Positions 1-11,500 of a stretch of DNA of 64,000 nucleotides are shown here, piece by piece (position 1 is the stretch's first letter; each line of letters starts with the position of its first letter). The stretch is from a virus (lineage: Duplodnaviria; Caudoviricetes). The stretch lies in the IMG/VR virus record IMGVR_UViG_3300046004_001808, positions 7,802 to 71,801 of that record. One strand, given 5' to 3'. Below the pieces are notes generated by a model, which did no database searches, was not told where the DNA came from, and saw only the letters and a list, made by a program, of their open reading frames with translations. The position numbers and the translations under genes are program-made.

Positions 1-1700
1 TCAAATTGGAATATACCTTTTGACATTGGTGACCCTTTAAAGAATTTGTATGGTTTGTATTCACCTGTTTTACATAGGTTCATACTTTCGGTGATTGCCG
101 CAAAATAGATAGTTTCAAAAATCTCTTTATTAAGTTTTTTTGCTTCTTCAGTTGTGAAGATATAATCCATTAAGAAGAATACATCAGCAAGACCCTGTGT
201 TCCGATGGCAATTGCTCTTTGTTCTAACCCACCTTTTCTTCCTTGTTCCGTTGAATAACTGTTGATGTCAACAACTTTGTTAAGTGCTCTCACAACTTTT
301 CTAACCTCACTATAAAGTAATTTGAAATCAAACTCACCTTTAATAATAAAGTTTTTCAATACCATAGATGATAACGTACAGATTGCTGTAGTAGTTTCAT
401 CAGTATATTGGTAAATCTCATTACATAGATTAGATTGTTTAATCACCCCGATGTTTTGATGGTTTGTCTTTCTGTTAGCACTATCTTTAGAACATAAATA
501 AGGAACTCCGGTTTCAACCTGAGATTCAATAATCTTATTCCAAATTGTCTGAGCTTTCACTTTCTTACCTAAACCAAGTTCAACCGCTTTGTTGTAATTT
601 GATTCATATTCATCACCGTAAGCCTCTTGTAATGGTTTGATACCCGCTTTGATAATATCGTTAGGACAGAACAAATACCAGTCACCATTGTTTTTAACCG
701 CATTCATAAAGTTGTCAGGTAACCAAATTGAGGTGAATAAATCTTTCGCTCTCAATTCCTCAGCACCTGTATTCTTTTTGATTTCAAGTAAGTCTATGAT
801 GTCTTTATGCCAAGGCTCTATGTAGATAGCAGCACTTCCCGGTCTTCTTCCTTGTTGGTTGAAGAATCTTAATCCTTCATTAACAATCTTTAGGTATTTC
901 AATAAACCACCCGCAAATCCTCCTGATGAGTTGATTCTACTTTCTTTACTACGGATATTTGACATACATAAACCAATACCAGCAGCATCTGACGAATACG
1001 TTGAAATGTCGTTAAACGTATCTAATAAACCTTGTCTTGAATCTCCATTATTGTATTTCAATACACAAGACGCTAGTTGAGGTGTTTTAGTACCCGCATT
1101 AATCATAATCGGTGTTGCCGGAGAGATAAGTTGATTTGATAATGAATTATAGTATTCAACCGCCTCTTCAAATGATTTAGTAACCCATAAAGCAACTCTC
1201 ATATACATATGTTGTGGTCGTTCAACTACAACACCTTTAGGCGTTTTTAATAAATACATTTCCTGTAATGATTTCCAAGCAAAATAATCAAAATTGTAAT
1301 CATTCTCGTGATTTATCACAGAATCGATATCTCCCCAACCATATTCGTTAATTGTATCAATTAAGATATCATTAATAACACCTTCCTCGTGTAAACGTTT
1401 CATAGTATTACAGAAACTTTCGTCAGTCTCTTTGTGATACGCAGAAATAGCTACCGAAGAAGCCAATCTCGAATAATCGTGATGACTACCGGTATAAGCT
1501 GCAGCGATTTCATAAACCAATTTATCCAACTCTTTTGTTGTAATAATACCTTCGGTTGGTACCGAAGTAATAACTTTAATGAATACCTCATCAGCATTCA
1601 CATTCATACCCTTAGCAGCTCTTTTGACTCTCTGATATATTTTTTGAGGGTTAAACGATACTTCGTCTCCCCCTCTTTTTTTAATTTTTAGTGACATCAT
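1..1700 (-). CDS. nrdA: Ribonucleotide reductase class Ia alpha subunit (3' end runs off the window)
   Basis: Missing from the ORF track. Hand translation from ATG at 1700 gives MMSLKIKKRGGDEVSFNPQKIYQRV (ATP-cone-like start) and the catalytic segment KQSNLCNEI...AICTLSS near 370-440. Lies directly downstream of nrdB. Confidence 0.95.
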   Translation of the reverse strand, partial: MMSLKIKKRGGDEVSFNPQKIYQRVKRAAKGMNVNADEVFIKVITSVPTEGIITTKELDKLVYEIAAAYTGSHHDYSRLASSVAISAYHKETDESFCNTMKRLHEEGVINDILIDTINEYGWGDIDSVINHENDYNFDYFAWKSLQEMYLLKTPKGVVVERPQHMYMRVALWVTKSFEEAVEYYNSLSNQLISPATPIMINAGTKTPQLASCVLKYNNGDSRQGLLDTFNDISTYSSDAAGIGLCMSNIRSKESRINSSGGFAGGLLKYLKIVNEGLRFFNQQGRRPGSAAIYIEPWHKDIIDLLEIKKNTGAEELRAKDLFTSIWLPDNFMNAVKNNGDWYLFCPNDIIKAGIKPLQEAYGDEYESNYNKAVELGLGKKVKAQTIWNKIIESQVETGVPYLCSKDSANRKTNHQNIGVIKQSNLCNEIYQYTDETTTAICTLSSMVLKNFIIKGEFDFKLLYSEVRKVVRALNKVVDINSYSTEQGRKGGLEQRAIAIGTQGLADVFFLMDYIFTTEEAKKLNKEIFETIYFAAITESMNLCKTGEYKPYKFFKGSPMSKGIFQF

Positions 1701-1703
1701 ATA

Positions 1704-2654
1704 TTAAAAATCTTCTGTAAACGTTAATGACTCACCTAACTTAGCTTTTTGGTATTCCAAAGTTCTACCTTCAAAAAAGTTTCCTTTTGTTTCAACAGCA
1801 ATTTGTTCCATAAATTTAAATGGTTGTTCCACATTAAAATGTTTCTTACAACCAAACTTAATTAGTAATCCGTCAGTTACAAATTCAAGATATTGTTTCA
1901 TCAAGTTTGAATTCATACCTATTAAAGATACAGGTAATGACTCAGTAATAAACTCTTTTTCAATCTCTAAAGCAGATAATAATATCTCTTTAATTCTTTT
2001 CTCAGTTGGTTTATTCTCTACGTGATTGTTAATCAAATGGATAGCAAAATCACAATGTAAATTTTCGTCTTTGAAGATTAGTGAATTAGCACTACATAAT
2101 CCTGGCATAATTCCTCTTGATTTCATCCAAAAAATAGAACAGAATGAACCGGAGAAGAAAATACCTTCAACCGCCGCAAACGCTACTAATCTTTCTTGAA
2201 ACGAAGCATTCTCAATCCAATCAAGAGCCCATTTAGCTTTCTTTTGAACAGCAGGTAATCTATCAATTGCGTGGAAACATTCGTCTTTCTCTGTCTCATC
2301 AGACACATAAGTATCAATCAATAATGAATACATTAGTGAGTGAATGTTCTCCATCATAATTTGGAATCCGTAGAAGAATTTTGCTTCAGCATACTGAACT
2401 TCTTTTAAGAAATTCTCCGCCAAATTTTCATTTACAATACCATCAGACGCCGCAAAAAACGCTAATACATTTTTAAGGAAAAATCTTTCGTTATCAGATA
2501 GGTTTTCCCAATCTCTAATATCGTTAGATAAATCCACCTCTTCTGCCGTCCAAAACGCTGCTTGATGTTGTTTGTAATACTCCCAAATGTCGTTATGTTC
2601 TATAGGGAAGATAACGAATCTGTCATTGTTTGGTTCTAATATTTTTTCTTTCAT
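1704..2654 (-). CDS. nrdB: Ribonucleotide reductase class Ia beta subunit
   Basis: [41 protein letters not shown] and DENLH di-iron motifs; C-terminal KGNFFE. Confidence 0.97.
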   Translation of the reverse strand: MKEKILEPNNDRFVIFPIEHNDIWEYYKQHQAAFWTAEEVDLSNDIRDWENLSDNERFFLKNVLAFFAASDGIVNENLAENFLKEVQYAEAKFFYGFQIMMENIHSLMYSLLIDTYVSDETEKDECFHAIDRLPAVQKKAKWALDWIENASFQERLVAFAAVEGIFFSGSFCSIFWMKSRGIMPGLCSANSLIFKDENLHCDFAIHLINNHVENKPTEKRIKEILLSALEIEKEFITESLPVSLIGMNSNLMKQYLEFVTDGLLIKFGCKKHFNVEQPFKFMEQIAVETKGNFFEGRTLEYQKAKLGESLTFTEDF

Positions 2655-2658
2655 TTTT

Positions 2659-4041
2659 TTAATTTTGTGTTTGTTCTTTTTGTTTTCTCTTGTCTAACAA
2701 GTCCTTGATTCTCTGTCTATTTCTTTCTTCGGTTTGTTCTTCTAAACCTAAGAATGTTACTGAACTTTCAGTATCTATCTCCAACATACCATTATCAAAT
2801 TTACAATTCTCAAATACAACACCATCATCACCAATACGGGATTTAGTTATTGCTATTGTCGCTAATTTCATTTCTTTTTGTTGTAGAGATTTAGCCACGG
2901 AAATAATTACGTGTCCAACCTGAGCTTTCTTGATAGAACCACCCATTTGGTCGGTTGTTACAACATCTGACGATATTGAACTTCTATTACCCTGAGTAGC
3001 GGTCCATCCTACCAAATCAAGTTCGTGACACATAGATTCAAAACCTCTCATCACTGACCCTTCAGATTTCCATTCATCCCCCAAGTTTTTATCCGGAACC
3101 ACACAATCAATGTAGTCTAATAATACCATATCAATTTTGATTCCTTCTGAAATCATTTTTCTGATTTGGTTTTTAATCTGCATCATTGTTACAGTATCAG
3201 AAGGAAGTTTTTTAAGTATCAATTCATTAGGCATTTTCTCCTTAATTTCTTGAACTTTAATCATAACCTCTTCTTTTTTTATTGACAATTCATCCGGATG
3301 AATCTTTGTCCATAATGTAATGTGTTTACGTTGGATAATCTTCGGGTTATCCTCGAAGAATATTTGTAAAACATTGTAACCTAAATTAAATGCGTGATTC
3401 GCAATTTTTGTAAGTAAAGTAGATTTACCTACACCTGTTGGTGCTAAAACAACACCGATTTCACCCTTAGCTAACCCCCCTTTTAAGAGTCTATCTATAC
3501 CCGGAATACCCATCGGTATCGGATGACGATAATCTTCGTTTAGAACATCATCTAAGTTACTAAAAACACTTTCCGTTCCCTTATCGTGTTCACCTACTTG
3601 TAATGCCTTACTTACCATTTCCTCTAATGTGTCATAACTCTCAAATTCACCAGTGTCGATGATTTTTTGAGCTTTAACCATTACTTTCTGTAACTCCTGT
3701 TGTTTACAGAACTTCATCGATTTTTCTTGTACAAATTCAGCTCCTTCAAGCGTGGACTCCTTAACTTTTGTTAGGGTATCAATAATGATTTTAGCCGCTA
3801 GAGGTTGTTGTATCTCAGATTTTGTAATTTGTTCTAATGTGTCAAAGGTTGGTGTGTGTTCGTATTTTGTATAATACTCTTTAATCATTTGAATAATTAA
3901 TTTGAAGTATTTATTCTCAAAATAACTTGTTTCAATCACATCTATAATTGACCTTGAGAAGTCTTTGTCGATAATGATTTGGTTTAATAATTGTATCTGA
4001 AAGGTACTCCCCAGATACTCGAAATTTTTGTTTGACGCCAT
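2659..4041 (-). CDS. Replicative DNA helicase (DnaB / T4 gp41-like)
   Basis: Walker [10 protein letters not shown], Walker [16 protein letters not shown] and KSR motifs. Confidence 0.92.
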   Translation of the reverse strand: MASNKNFEYLGSTFQIQLLNQIIIDKDFSRSIIDVIETSYFENKYFKLIIQMIKEYYTKYEHTPTFDTLEQITKSEIQQPLAAKIIIDTLTKVKESTLEGAEFVQEKSMKFCKQQELQKVMVKAQKIIDTGEFESYDTLEEMVSKALQVGEHDKGTESVFSNLDDVLNEDYRHPIPMGIPGIDRLLKGGLAKGEIGVVLAPTGVGKSTLLTKIANHAFNLGYNVLQIFFEDNPKIIQRKHITLWTKIHPDELSIKKEEVMIKVQEIKEKMPNELILKKLPSDTVTMMQIKNQIRKMISEGIKIDMVLLDYIDCVVPDKNLGDEWKSEGSVMRGFESMCHELDLVGWTATQGNRSSISSDVVTTDQMGGSIKKAQVGHVIISVAKSLQQKEMKLATIAITKSRIGDDGVVFENCKFDNGMLEIDTESSVTFLGLEEQTEERNRQRIKDLLDKRKQKEQTQN

Positions 4042-4070
4042 ATTTTTTTCTTTTAGTGTATTAATAAATA

Positions 4071-4523
4071 CTATACACTTAGGTTAACTTCTAGATATTT
4101 TTTTGTTAAATCTCTTGATGAAAAAATGTCAGTTAGGTTCATCAACAAGTTTTTTAGGTGTGGGCGTACATCCACAGTATATCTTATCTTCGGAGGGTAT
4201 ACTTTAGCGTCCACCTGTCTATGACAAATTGTCACATCATTTTGTTTGATGAAGATGTTAAAGTACTCCGGACCGTCAGTATAAGACGTTTCTAAAATAG
4301 CTGGATTGTTGATAATTTCGTACATATTATCTGTCATATATGTAACAGTTTTCAAAGACAATTGTGTTTGAATGTCATCTTTGAATTCACGAAGTAATTC
4401 GTAAAGTTCTAATGAGTTTTTCCCCTCATTGTTGAACTCTCTCACGTTAAAAAATCTTTGTACAATGATGTTATCATTTACCATCATTAAGAATTCTAAT
4501 TTTACCGATTCTTGGTCTTTCAT
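4071..4523 (-). CDS. Hypothetical protein in the replication operon
   Basis: 150-aa ORF tightly packed between the exonuclease and helicase genes; no motif recognised. Confidence 0.75.
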   Translation of the reverse strand: MKDQESVKLEFLMMVNDNIIVQRFFNVREFNNEGKNSLELYELLREFKDDIQTQLSLKTVTYMTDNMYEIINNPAILETSYTDGPEYFNIFIKQNDVTICHRQVDAKVYPPKIRYTVDVRPHLKNLLMNLTDIFSSRDLTKKYLEVNLSV

Positions 4524-4531
4524 AATTTTAA

Positions 4532-5536
4532 TTAATTGTTTTTATAATTTCTTTTTTCTTTTCTTGTTAATTTCATAAAGGGTCTAACAAAATTAACCCA
4601 AGCATCATCACCTTTCGGTAGATACTTAAAAAAACCATCCTCCATCATCATCTTAATAAGACCTCTATGTCCCCTACCATCAGGGTCTAAAGTTTCTCTA
4701 TAATATAATTCAACAAGTTCTTTAGCTTCATCAGTAATCAATGGATTTGATAAATTTATGATTTTTTCATTAATAATAAAAAATTCATCACCATTAAACC
4801 CACTTTTACTTTTACCGGATAACAAATTTTGTAATGTTTTATTATTTTTATTTTCCTTTAGTAATGTTTCCGCCTTTTCTAAAATATCGGTAATTGAAAC
4901 GGGTTTTTCAAGTAGCTCAGGAAAAAACTTAATAAGTGTCTTTTCTCCCAACCCGGAAATCCCATCAATGTTATCAGATTTATCTCCCGATAAAATTTTA
5001 TAAGTTCTAATGTTTTCGTGAGGAAATTCGTAAAAATCACATTTGATTTTACTTCCAACGTGGTAAGTTTGTTTAGTTCTTGGGTAAAATACCGACACCT
5101 TATCTGAAATTAGTTGGGTAAGGTCTTTATCTCCCGAATAGATAGTTTTTTGTTCGTTTTCCGAGATTTGGCAATAGTAAGCAATCAAATCATCCGCTTC
5201 ATTATTATCTACGTTAATTTGTCTTATATAACAGTCTTCCAAGTATTGTTTGATTCTTTCTTTCTGCTCAGTGAAAGAATCTAACTTATATTCGTTGTCT
5301 CTACTACTACGTTTTTCTTTATATTGGGGATAAATAAGTTTTCGAGCCGAGGAGTTATCATCACCATCCCACATCACAACAACCTTATCAAAGTCTTGTT
5401 CGTCTATGAAACGTCTAATGGTATTCACAAAGTGCCAGATGGCACCTATGTGTTTTCCATTATGATAATAATCTTTTACTCCGTGAAAGCCAATTTTTAC
5501 TAAATTATTGCCATCCACTAATAGTGTTTTAGTCAC
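4532..5536 (-). CDS. 5'-3' exonuclease / RNase H (flap endonuclease, T4 rnh / PolI N-terminal-like)
   Basis: LLVDGNN, YPQYK, EADDLIA, SGDKDLTQL and GDKSDNIDGISGLGEKT motifs. Confidence 0.93.
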   Translation of the reverse strand: MTKTLLVDGNNLVKIGFHGVKDYYHNGKHIGAIWHFVNTIRRFIDEQDFDKVVVMWDGDDNSSARKLIYPQYKEKRSSRDNEYKLDSFTEQKERIKQYLEDCYIRQINVDNNEADDLIAYYCQISENEQKTIYSGDKDLTQLISDKVSVFYPRTKQTYHVGSKIKCDFYEFPHENIRTYKILSGDKSDNIDGISGLGEKTLIKFFPELLEKPVSITDILEKAETLLKENKNNKTLQNLLSGKSKSGFNGDEFFIINEKIINLSNPLITDEAKELVELYYRETLDPDGRGHRGLIKMMMEDGFFKYLPKGDDAWVNFVRPFMKLTRKEKRNYKNN

Positions 5537-5557
5537 TTGTTTTGTTTGTGTTCGTTA

Positions 5558-6562
5558 CTAGTCTTTTTCTTCAACCTCTTTCAAATCGTAATCACCATCT
5601 GTTCCGATAATGTTTTTCCAATATTCAGAGTATTCTTTTTTGTACTTCTCAATTGAAGCTTTTTCTTCGGTAGTTTCTTTACCCGCCAAAAACCCGTGAG
5701 GTGTTACAATAATTTTACCATCTTCATAACCCAATCCATTGATGTGGTTTTTCATTACTGAGACTTTAGTTCTCACAGCAAATTTGATAGTTCTTTTATC
5801 TTTAGTTGCGGTAATCTTTGTTGTTCCCGCACCTTTTTCATTTCCAAAACGGAACACTAAGGATGAGTTCAACCAAATTGCCTCACCACCTTTAGCTTTA
5901 ATTTTAGGTTGTCCAAATGGATTATCCGGAAGTTCAACCCAAGGCTGATTAACAATAACCAAAGTATTTTCATATTTAGAATCTGCCTTACGACTTCCTG
6001 AAATTCTTTGATTAATACCCATACCTATTTTATCAGCTAACGCCGCTGCATTATGTTGTTTACCACCTTTACCTTCAAAGGTCATCTTACAAGGAACTGA
6101 ACCAACAGAATCCCATAAAAACAATAAACTATAGTCTAATTCACCCTTTTCCTGAGCATCAAGTAAACTATTAATATAGTCGGTAATTTGTTCAATATAA
6201 CTGAAGTTATTATTGAAGATGTAGAACCCGTCCCATTCTAATTCACCCGTTTCTTCATCAACCATTTCTTCACAATCAAAACCCATGAGTTTTGCGTGTT
6301 CAAACGACCATTTCTGTTCGGTAATAATGAATACCGGTAATATTTGTTTTTTCTGAGCATCAACAGCACATTTAACCAACGCAGTTGTTTTACCAGTATC
6401 TGAGTGACCCAAGAACATATTTAAGTGTCCTATAGCTGGTCCCGGAATACCAACAGCATCCAAGAAGTCAGGACCTAAGTCAAAAAATCTTTGTGGTTTG
6501 TATTTTGCCGATGTTGAGAATTTGTCCTTAATGGACTTAAAATCGTGTTTTTTAATCGCCAT
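5558..6562 (-). CDS. uvsX: RecA/UvsX-like recombinase
   Basis: Walker A GHSDTGKTT, Walker B FLWDSVG, IVNQ, KGGEA and KNH motifs. Confidence 0.9.
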   Translation of the reverse strand: MAIKKHDFKSIKDKFSTSAKYKPQRFFDLGPDFLDAVGIPGPAIGHLNMFLGHSDTGKTTALVKCAVDAQKKQILPVFIITEQKWSFEHAKLMGFDCEEMVDEETGELEWDGFYIFNNNFSYIEQITDYINSLLDAQEKGELDYSLLFLWDSVGSVPCKMTFEGKGGKQHNAAALADKIGMGINQRISGSRKADSKYENTLVIVNQPWVELPDNPFGQPKIKAKGGEAIWLNSSLVFRFGNEKGAGTTKITATKDKRTIKFAVRTKVSVMKNHINGLGYEDGKIIVTPHGFLAGKETTEEKASIEKYKKEYSEYWKNIIGTDGDYDLKEVEEKD

Positions 6563-6647
6563 ATGTCTAAGTTAAATTAATTTTTTGAGTTTTTTAGACA
6601 AGTAGGACACTAAGTATGTCTCAGTGTCCTAGTTATATGTCTAAGTT
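6561..6647 (-). promoter_or_regulatory. Structured 5' leader of the recombinase gene (12-bp hairpin plus 13-bp direct repeat)
   Basis: mRNA-sense TAGGACACTGAG-ACATA-CTTAGTGTCCTA at 6603-6631 (one G-U pair); ATATGTCTAAGTT repeated at 6561-6573 and 6635-6647. Confidence 0.6.
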
Positions 6648-6653
6648 GTTTGA

Positions 6654-7508
6654 TTAGAATGGCATATCATCATCCTCTTCAGCATTCGCCTGTGGGTCAA
6701 CCGGAGCCGATGGTTTAGAACCACCAAACGATATTTCACCTGAATCAGAGTTACCATAATCGTAACCGCCTTTATCAGTATTCCATTTTGGAGTTTCACC
6801 TCTTGCGATAGCTTCTAAGTACTCAACCGGTTTTTTAGAGTAAACATCTTCCCAAGTTAACTCATCGTTAATCCAAGAATCAGCCAATACTTTGTCTTCG
6901 TGAACCGGAGCCGCATCATCATACATTACTGTTTGAATTACGGTGTAATAAGCCCCTTTTGGTGTTTTTGCCTTAGTTAATTCAAGAATAAGGTCTCTAC
7001 CTGTTTCAGGGTCAGCAATATCTCCCTTGTTTCTGTAGATTGGGATAATTTTGTCGAAAATACCTTCATTCTTGTAGTTAGATTTAAATCTCCAAAATTT
7101 AACTCCGTCCGCTTCGTTATCTCTATCGATAACTTTTACGATATAGAATTTACGAGCCAAGTAATTTGATGCCAATTTTTTATCTTCCTCTTTTCCCGTT
7201 GAACGAAGTTCCTCATAAACCTCAGTCAAAGGTGAACGTTCGTTGTCGTTTTTTCCTGGGTCATAAAATTTTTGGAATTTCCCATCCACTTGAATCTCGT
7301 GATAATAAACCACTTTAAATGGTGAAGAACCATCGTTTGTTGGTAAGATTCGTAATCTTCGCTGACCTTGAGTTTCCTTATCCATAAGGATTGCCGCGAA
7401 GTATTTTTTCATTCTTTCTTCTTGTGTGAATTTTGAGGTAGAAGAAGTACTACCTTGTTTTGCTTGCTCATATTGAGCCAAAACTGCGTCTAATGAATTT
7501 GTCGCCAT
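6654..7508 (-). CDS. Single-stranded DNA-binding protein (T4 gp32-like)
   Basis: RLRILP...SPF...YHEI, FYIVKVIDR and DPETGRDL segments; acidic tail EEDDDMPF. Confidence 0.88.
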   Translation of the reverse strand: MATNSLDAVLAQYEQAKQGSTSSTSKFTQEERMKKYFAAILMDKETQGQRRLRILPTNDGSSPFKVVYYHEIQVDGKFQKFYDPGKNDNERSPLTEVYEELRSTGKEEDKKLASNYLARKFYIVKVIDRDNEADGVKFWRFKSNYKNEGIFDKIIPIYRNKGDIADPETGRDLILELTKAKTPKGAYYTVIQTVMYDDAAPVHEDKVLADSWINDELTWEDVYSKKPVEYLEAIARGETPKWNTDKGGYDYGNSDSGEISFGGSKPSAPVDPQANAEEDDDMPF

Positions 7509-7537
7509 AGTGTTTAAAATATTTAAAGGTTTATAAA

Positions 7538-7566
7538 AGTATAAGTGTCAGCCGTGTGTTTGTCAA
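7538..7566 (-). promoter_or_regulatory. Host-sigma (early) promoter for the replication operon
   Basis: Minus strand TTGACA-17 bp-TATACT, 30 bp upstream of the SSB start. Confidence 0.8.
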
Positions 7567-7576
7567 ATTGTTTTGT

Positions 7577-7603
7577 AAAAAAAAATGGTCCGGAGACCAT
7601 TTT
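7577..7603 (-). terminator. Intrinsic terminator
   Basis: AAAATGGTC-TCCG-GACCATTTT followed by a T run, just after the 7606 stop. Confidence 0.8.
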
Positions 7604-7605
7604 AA

Positions 7606-8271
7606 TTATCTTAGTTGCTTAAATGGTTTTGTTTCATCTTCAAAATTTCTGAAGGTTTTCTTGATTTCATTTGGAGAATATTCTTCAACTTCATCTTGAG
7701 TTAAAATATATTCATTTTTTCCCGATTTTTCCATATCTTCTTCCTTGTCATCAAAGAATTGACTTAGTTTTTGATTAAAAGGACCTGAATCCAATGTTCT
7801 TAACTCTAATCTTTCTTGTGGCGTTTTTTCTCGGTATTTTTCAACTTTAGCCTCTAAATCATTTAATTTAGTCATGATTCCATCCATTTCTCCTAATTTA
7901 GATTCTAAATCCGTTAAATGTTGGAATAAGTTAGTAAAATATTCTTCCTGTTTTTCTTCCACTTTTTTCTGTGACTTTACTAAATCAGTGATGTCCATTT
8001 CTTCAGTTTTTGATTCAGATTTTTCATCTGCACCAATTTTTTCAACATCAGGGTCAGTCGCAACATCCACAGGTTGTGGACCTGCGGGAGCAGTTGGTGG
8101 AGCCATACCCGCATTTGGGTCTGCCGGTGGAGCCGTTTCAGGAGCCGGTGCAGCATTTGGGTCAACCTCACCAGGTGGTGGGGGTAACGTAGCGTCTTGT
8201 TCTACAATATAATTATTAATTGAATTATATCTGGCGATTTCCTCTAAAATCTGATTGTCTATTTTTTTCAT
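7606..8271 (-). CDS. Acidic Pro/Ala-linker coiled-coil protein (possible head-internal or scaffold-type protein)
   Basis: 221 aa with a PPPPG/APAP linker and acidic heptad-like segment; function inferred only. Confidence 0.6.
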   Translation of the reverse strand: MKKIDNQILEEIARYNSINNYIVEQDATLPPPPGEVDPNAAPAPETAPPADPNAGMAPPTAPAGPQPVDVATDPDVEKIGADEKSESKTEEMDITDLVKSQKKVEEKQEEYFTNLFQHLTDLESKLGEMDGIMTKLNDLEAKVEKYREKTPQERLELRTLDSGPFNQKLSQFFDDKEEDMEKSGKNEYILTQDEVEEYSPNEIKKTFRNFEDETKPFKQLR

Positions 8272-8275
8272 GTTA

Positions 8276-8500
8276 TTAACCGTTTAATAGTTGTTTTACA
8301 CCTGTTAAAGTTTCAACTTGAATTTTTTTATTTTTATTTAATGTGTTATCAACTCTTTCTATTAAACCATCTTTCATTCTGATAGTATAACAGTCACCAG
8401 TATCTAAATCACATACTTGTTTAGAACCATCTCCCAAATCTTTTTCGGTACTTCTGGTATTTTTACCTAAATAGTTGTCTAATATTAATTTTGTGTCCAT
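8276..8500 (-). CDS. Small hypothetical protein
   Basis: 74-aa ORF preceded by a TATTTATA motif; contains VCDLDTGDC. Confidence 0.7.
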   Translation of the reverse strand: MDTKLILDNYLGKNTRSTEKDLGDGSKQVCDLDTGDCYTIRMKDGLIERVDNTLNKNKKIQVETLTGVKQLLNG

Positions 8501-8543
8501 AATCTTTTATTTATAAATATCTTTTATTTTGAAAAAACCTAAT

Positions 8544-11500
8544 TTAACATGTTGTTCCGTTTCTTGAACACGGTTTTCCATCCCAAACAATTTCCATACC
8601 TGTATATGGTTTACCATAACATTTACAACAAATATTATCTTTAATTGCCTTCCAATCATATGTTCCAATTATTTCACGATAGTTGAGTCCTTCTTCAGGA
8701 CAATCCAATGGCATAACCACTTTTACAAAGTCCTTGTTTCCAAATATAATATTTGGGAAAGCGTCAACCCTAACTCTAAAACCTACTTCGTATGTTTGTC
8801 GGTTTCTAGCCAACTCCAAAGCCTCAATAAAATCAGGTGAACTCACAAATGAACCTCTATTAGTTTTTTCTTTTATAGTAAAATTAGCAATTAATATATC
8901 TGACATTTGTGACGCCAAATATATTTTAGCATTATAGTCTTGTGTTAATAAAGCACCGTTGTTTAAAACAAGAAAATCACCCGTTAACGCCCCGCCGCTA
9001 TTAATTTTTAAATTTTGTAAATAATAAGTACTAAAAGCGAAACTATTTTCAAAAATAACTTGGTTTGTTTGTCCTTGTGGTGGTGTGTTAGGTGGTGGTG
9101 TACCACTTACATTTCCACTACCGGTTTTAAATAGGTCAATTGATTGTTGAACACTAACCTCAATTTCACTTAATTGACTTGGATTTTGAGATAATTTATT
9201 ATAAACATCAATATTTTTAGCATTTGCTGAAAAATACAAAGTATAAAACTTAGCAATATCTTTAGCCGTGATTGCTGGTAATTGACCGACTCTATCTTTC
9301 CATCTAGAAATTAAAAATTCAATATGTTTTGGCAAATCCGAAAAGCTAGCATATGGAATATTATTAGAATTACAATAATATAAATTTTCAAAATAAGAAA
9401 CACCAGATTGACCCCAATTTTGTAATAAATCAATTCCTGAATAATTATGTTGATTTGTTTCTAATATTGTTCCATTTGACGAACCTAAATAAATTGCCGT
9501 AAAAATTAAATATCTCAATTTTTGGTCAGCTGTTTGACTAATGATTGTACTAATAGCGTCTTTATATTTAGCCTTGTTTGTAGAAGGTGTTATATTTTGA
9601 TATTTTTCATAATTTTTTAACGGTGTACAACTTGGATAATTACTTGAACTATTAGCGGGTTTTTTAGTTGCATCTGTAACAGTATTATTAGATTGACTAA
9701 TAACGTTTTGTTGTTTAGACCCACTTTCTTTTATTGCCGCTTGTTTATCTTGTTTGTTTTTCTCAATAATAGACGTTAATAAATTAGTTTTTAATGTTTG
9801 GATGTAACTATCTATTTCAGGTAAATTTGAAATTGATTGTCTAATACCTTTAAATACCGTTTCAAATGTTCCCGGTCCAATACTATGATTAACTTCCTGA
9901 ATCATATATGCCCCACTAAACATTGGTACATGTCTTAAATTAAAATACATTGTTGGTTGAATCATTGCATTACCCATCATAGATACAGTACAAGCATAAC
10001 TTCTATTTTTGTATAAGTTATATAATGAAACATTTTGAGTACCAGCCGCTTTACCTGATGATTGTTTAACTAATTCATCTGTTTGTTGTAATGACTCAGC
10101 AGTTGCTTGCCCCGCACTTTGGTCTATTTGGAACCCATGAAAAATTGATTGATTTTGTGGTCCCACATCAACATTAAACCCAACAACTTTATTAGATTTA
10201 TCCCAATCTTGTTTACCTATTTGGTCTTCAATTAATGGATTATCACTCGCTCTTCTTAAATCAAAGGAATCCCCTTTAAATCTTACGTTAGCATTATTTT
10301 TAAAATCCGGTTGTTCACTTGGTTTTCCAGCATAAAAACAAACCATTTTAGCCGAAGAATTTCTATAATCAACATTTAAAAATGTTCCAAACATTGTATT
10401 CGCAAAATCAATAGTCCCTTCCGGTTTTGGCACAGGATTTTTAACCGCATCTTGTACATTATAAAAATTAACATAAGACGGTATATTCATCACAACAAAA
10501 TTATTTGTTACTAAAATATCTTGGACAAAAATCAACATACTTGTTTTAGGATTTATATTTGTCAACGTTTTTTTCAATTTATGAATATCTACTAACACTT
10601 TATCCCCAATATTTCTATTTGCTCTATCCATCAATAAAATATCTTCAAAAAGTGTCTTAGTTTTAAAATCATTTCCCGCAATCCATTTATCATTTAATGC
10701 TTTAAATGATTCCCAATATTCTAATTTTGTTTGAGGACCTTCTAAAGCTGTTGCCAAAACAGCGTCTGGTGTACTACCAACATCCGGTAATTGTTTTTGT
10801 AATTTAGGCATTAATTTATTAATAATAATACTTTGAAATTTATCCGTACTCGCAATATACTCATTCATTAATTTAACAAATTTATTATATGTTAAAGTAT
10901 TATCATTTAATTTTTGAGTTGCATAAATTTTAATAATTGGTGCAAAAGTTTTAATATTATCAACACTAAAATCTATATTACAATCAACAAAGAAATCAGT
11001 TATATAAGAACCATTATTACTATAACGTAATTGAGGTATCTCTGAAAACCCTACATATAATTGTAACGCCTTCCATTCGTTTGGATAGTTAGTAATAGAT
11101 TGAGATAGTGTAACTGTACCTCCTGATGTCGGCAATGGAGTTGGTATTTGAAATGAGTATTTACTCCACGTATATGGGTCAGCAATCAACCCATTTGAAA
11201 AAGTATAAAATAATCTTTTATCAAAACTTGCCGGATTACCATATTTAAAAACCACGTCATAATTTAAAAATGATTGTAAAAGGTTAGATAAAACAGTTAA
11301 TTGAGATTCTTGGACAGCCGAAACTAATTCAGTATTTATTGTCGTACCAGTTATTTTAGGTATTTTCATTAAATTTCTCATTAACATTTGAAAATTCTTA
11401 AAGGATTTTGTACTTTCTGTATCACTGTTTGATATAAACTCACTATCAAAATCATAAATTGATTTTGAAAAATTTAAAAATTCTGACTCAAAACTATCTA

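Noticed and set aside
637-1691. Three short plus-strand ORFs
   Set aside because: They are antisense to nrdA, which the ORF track missed because its stop lies outside the window.
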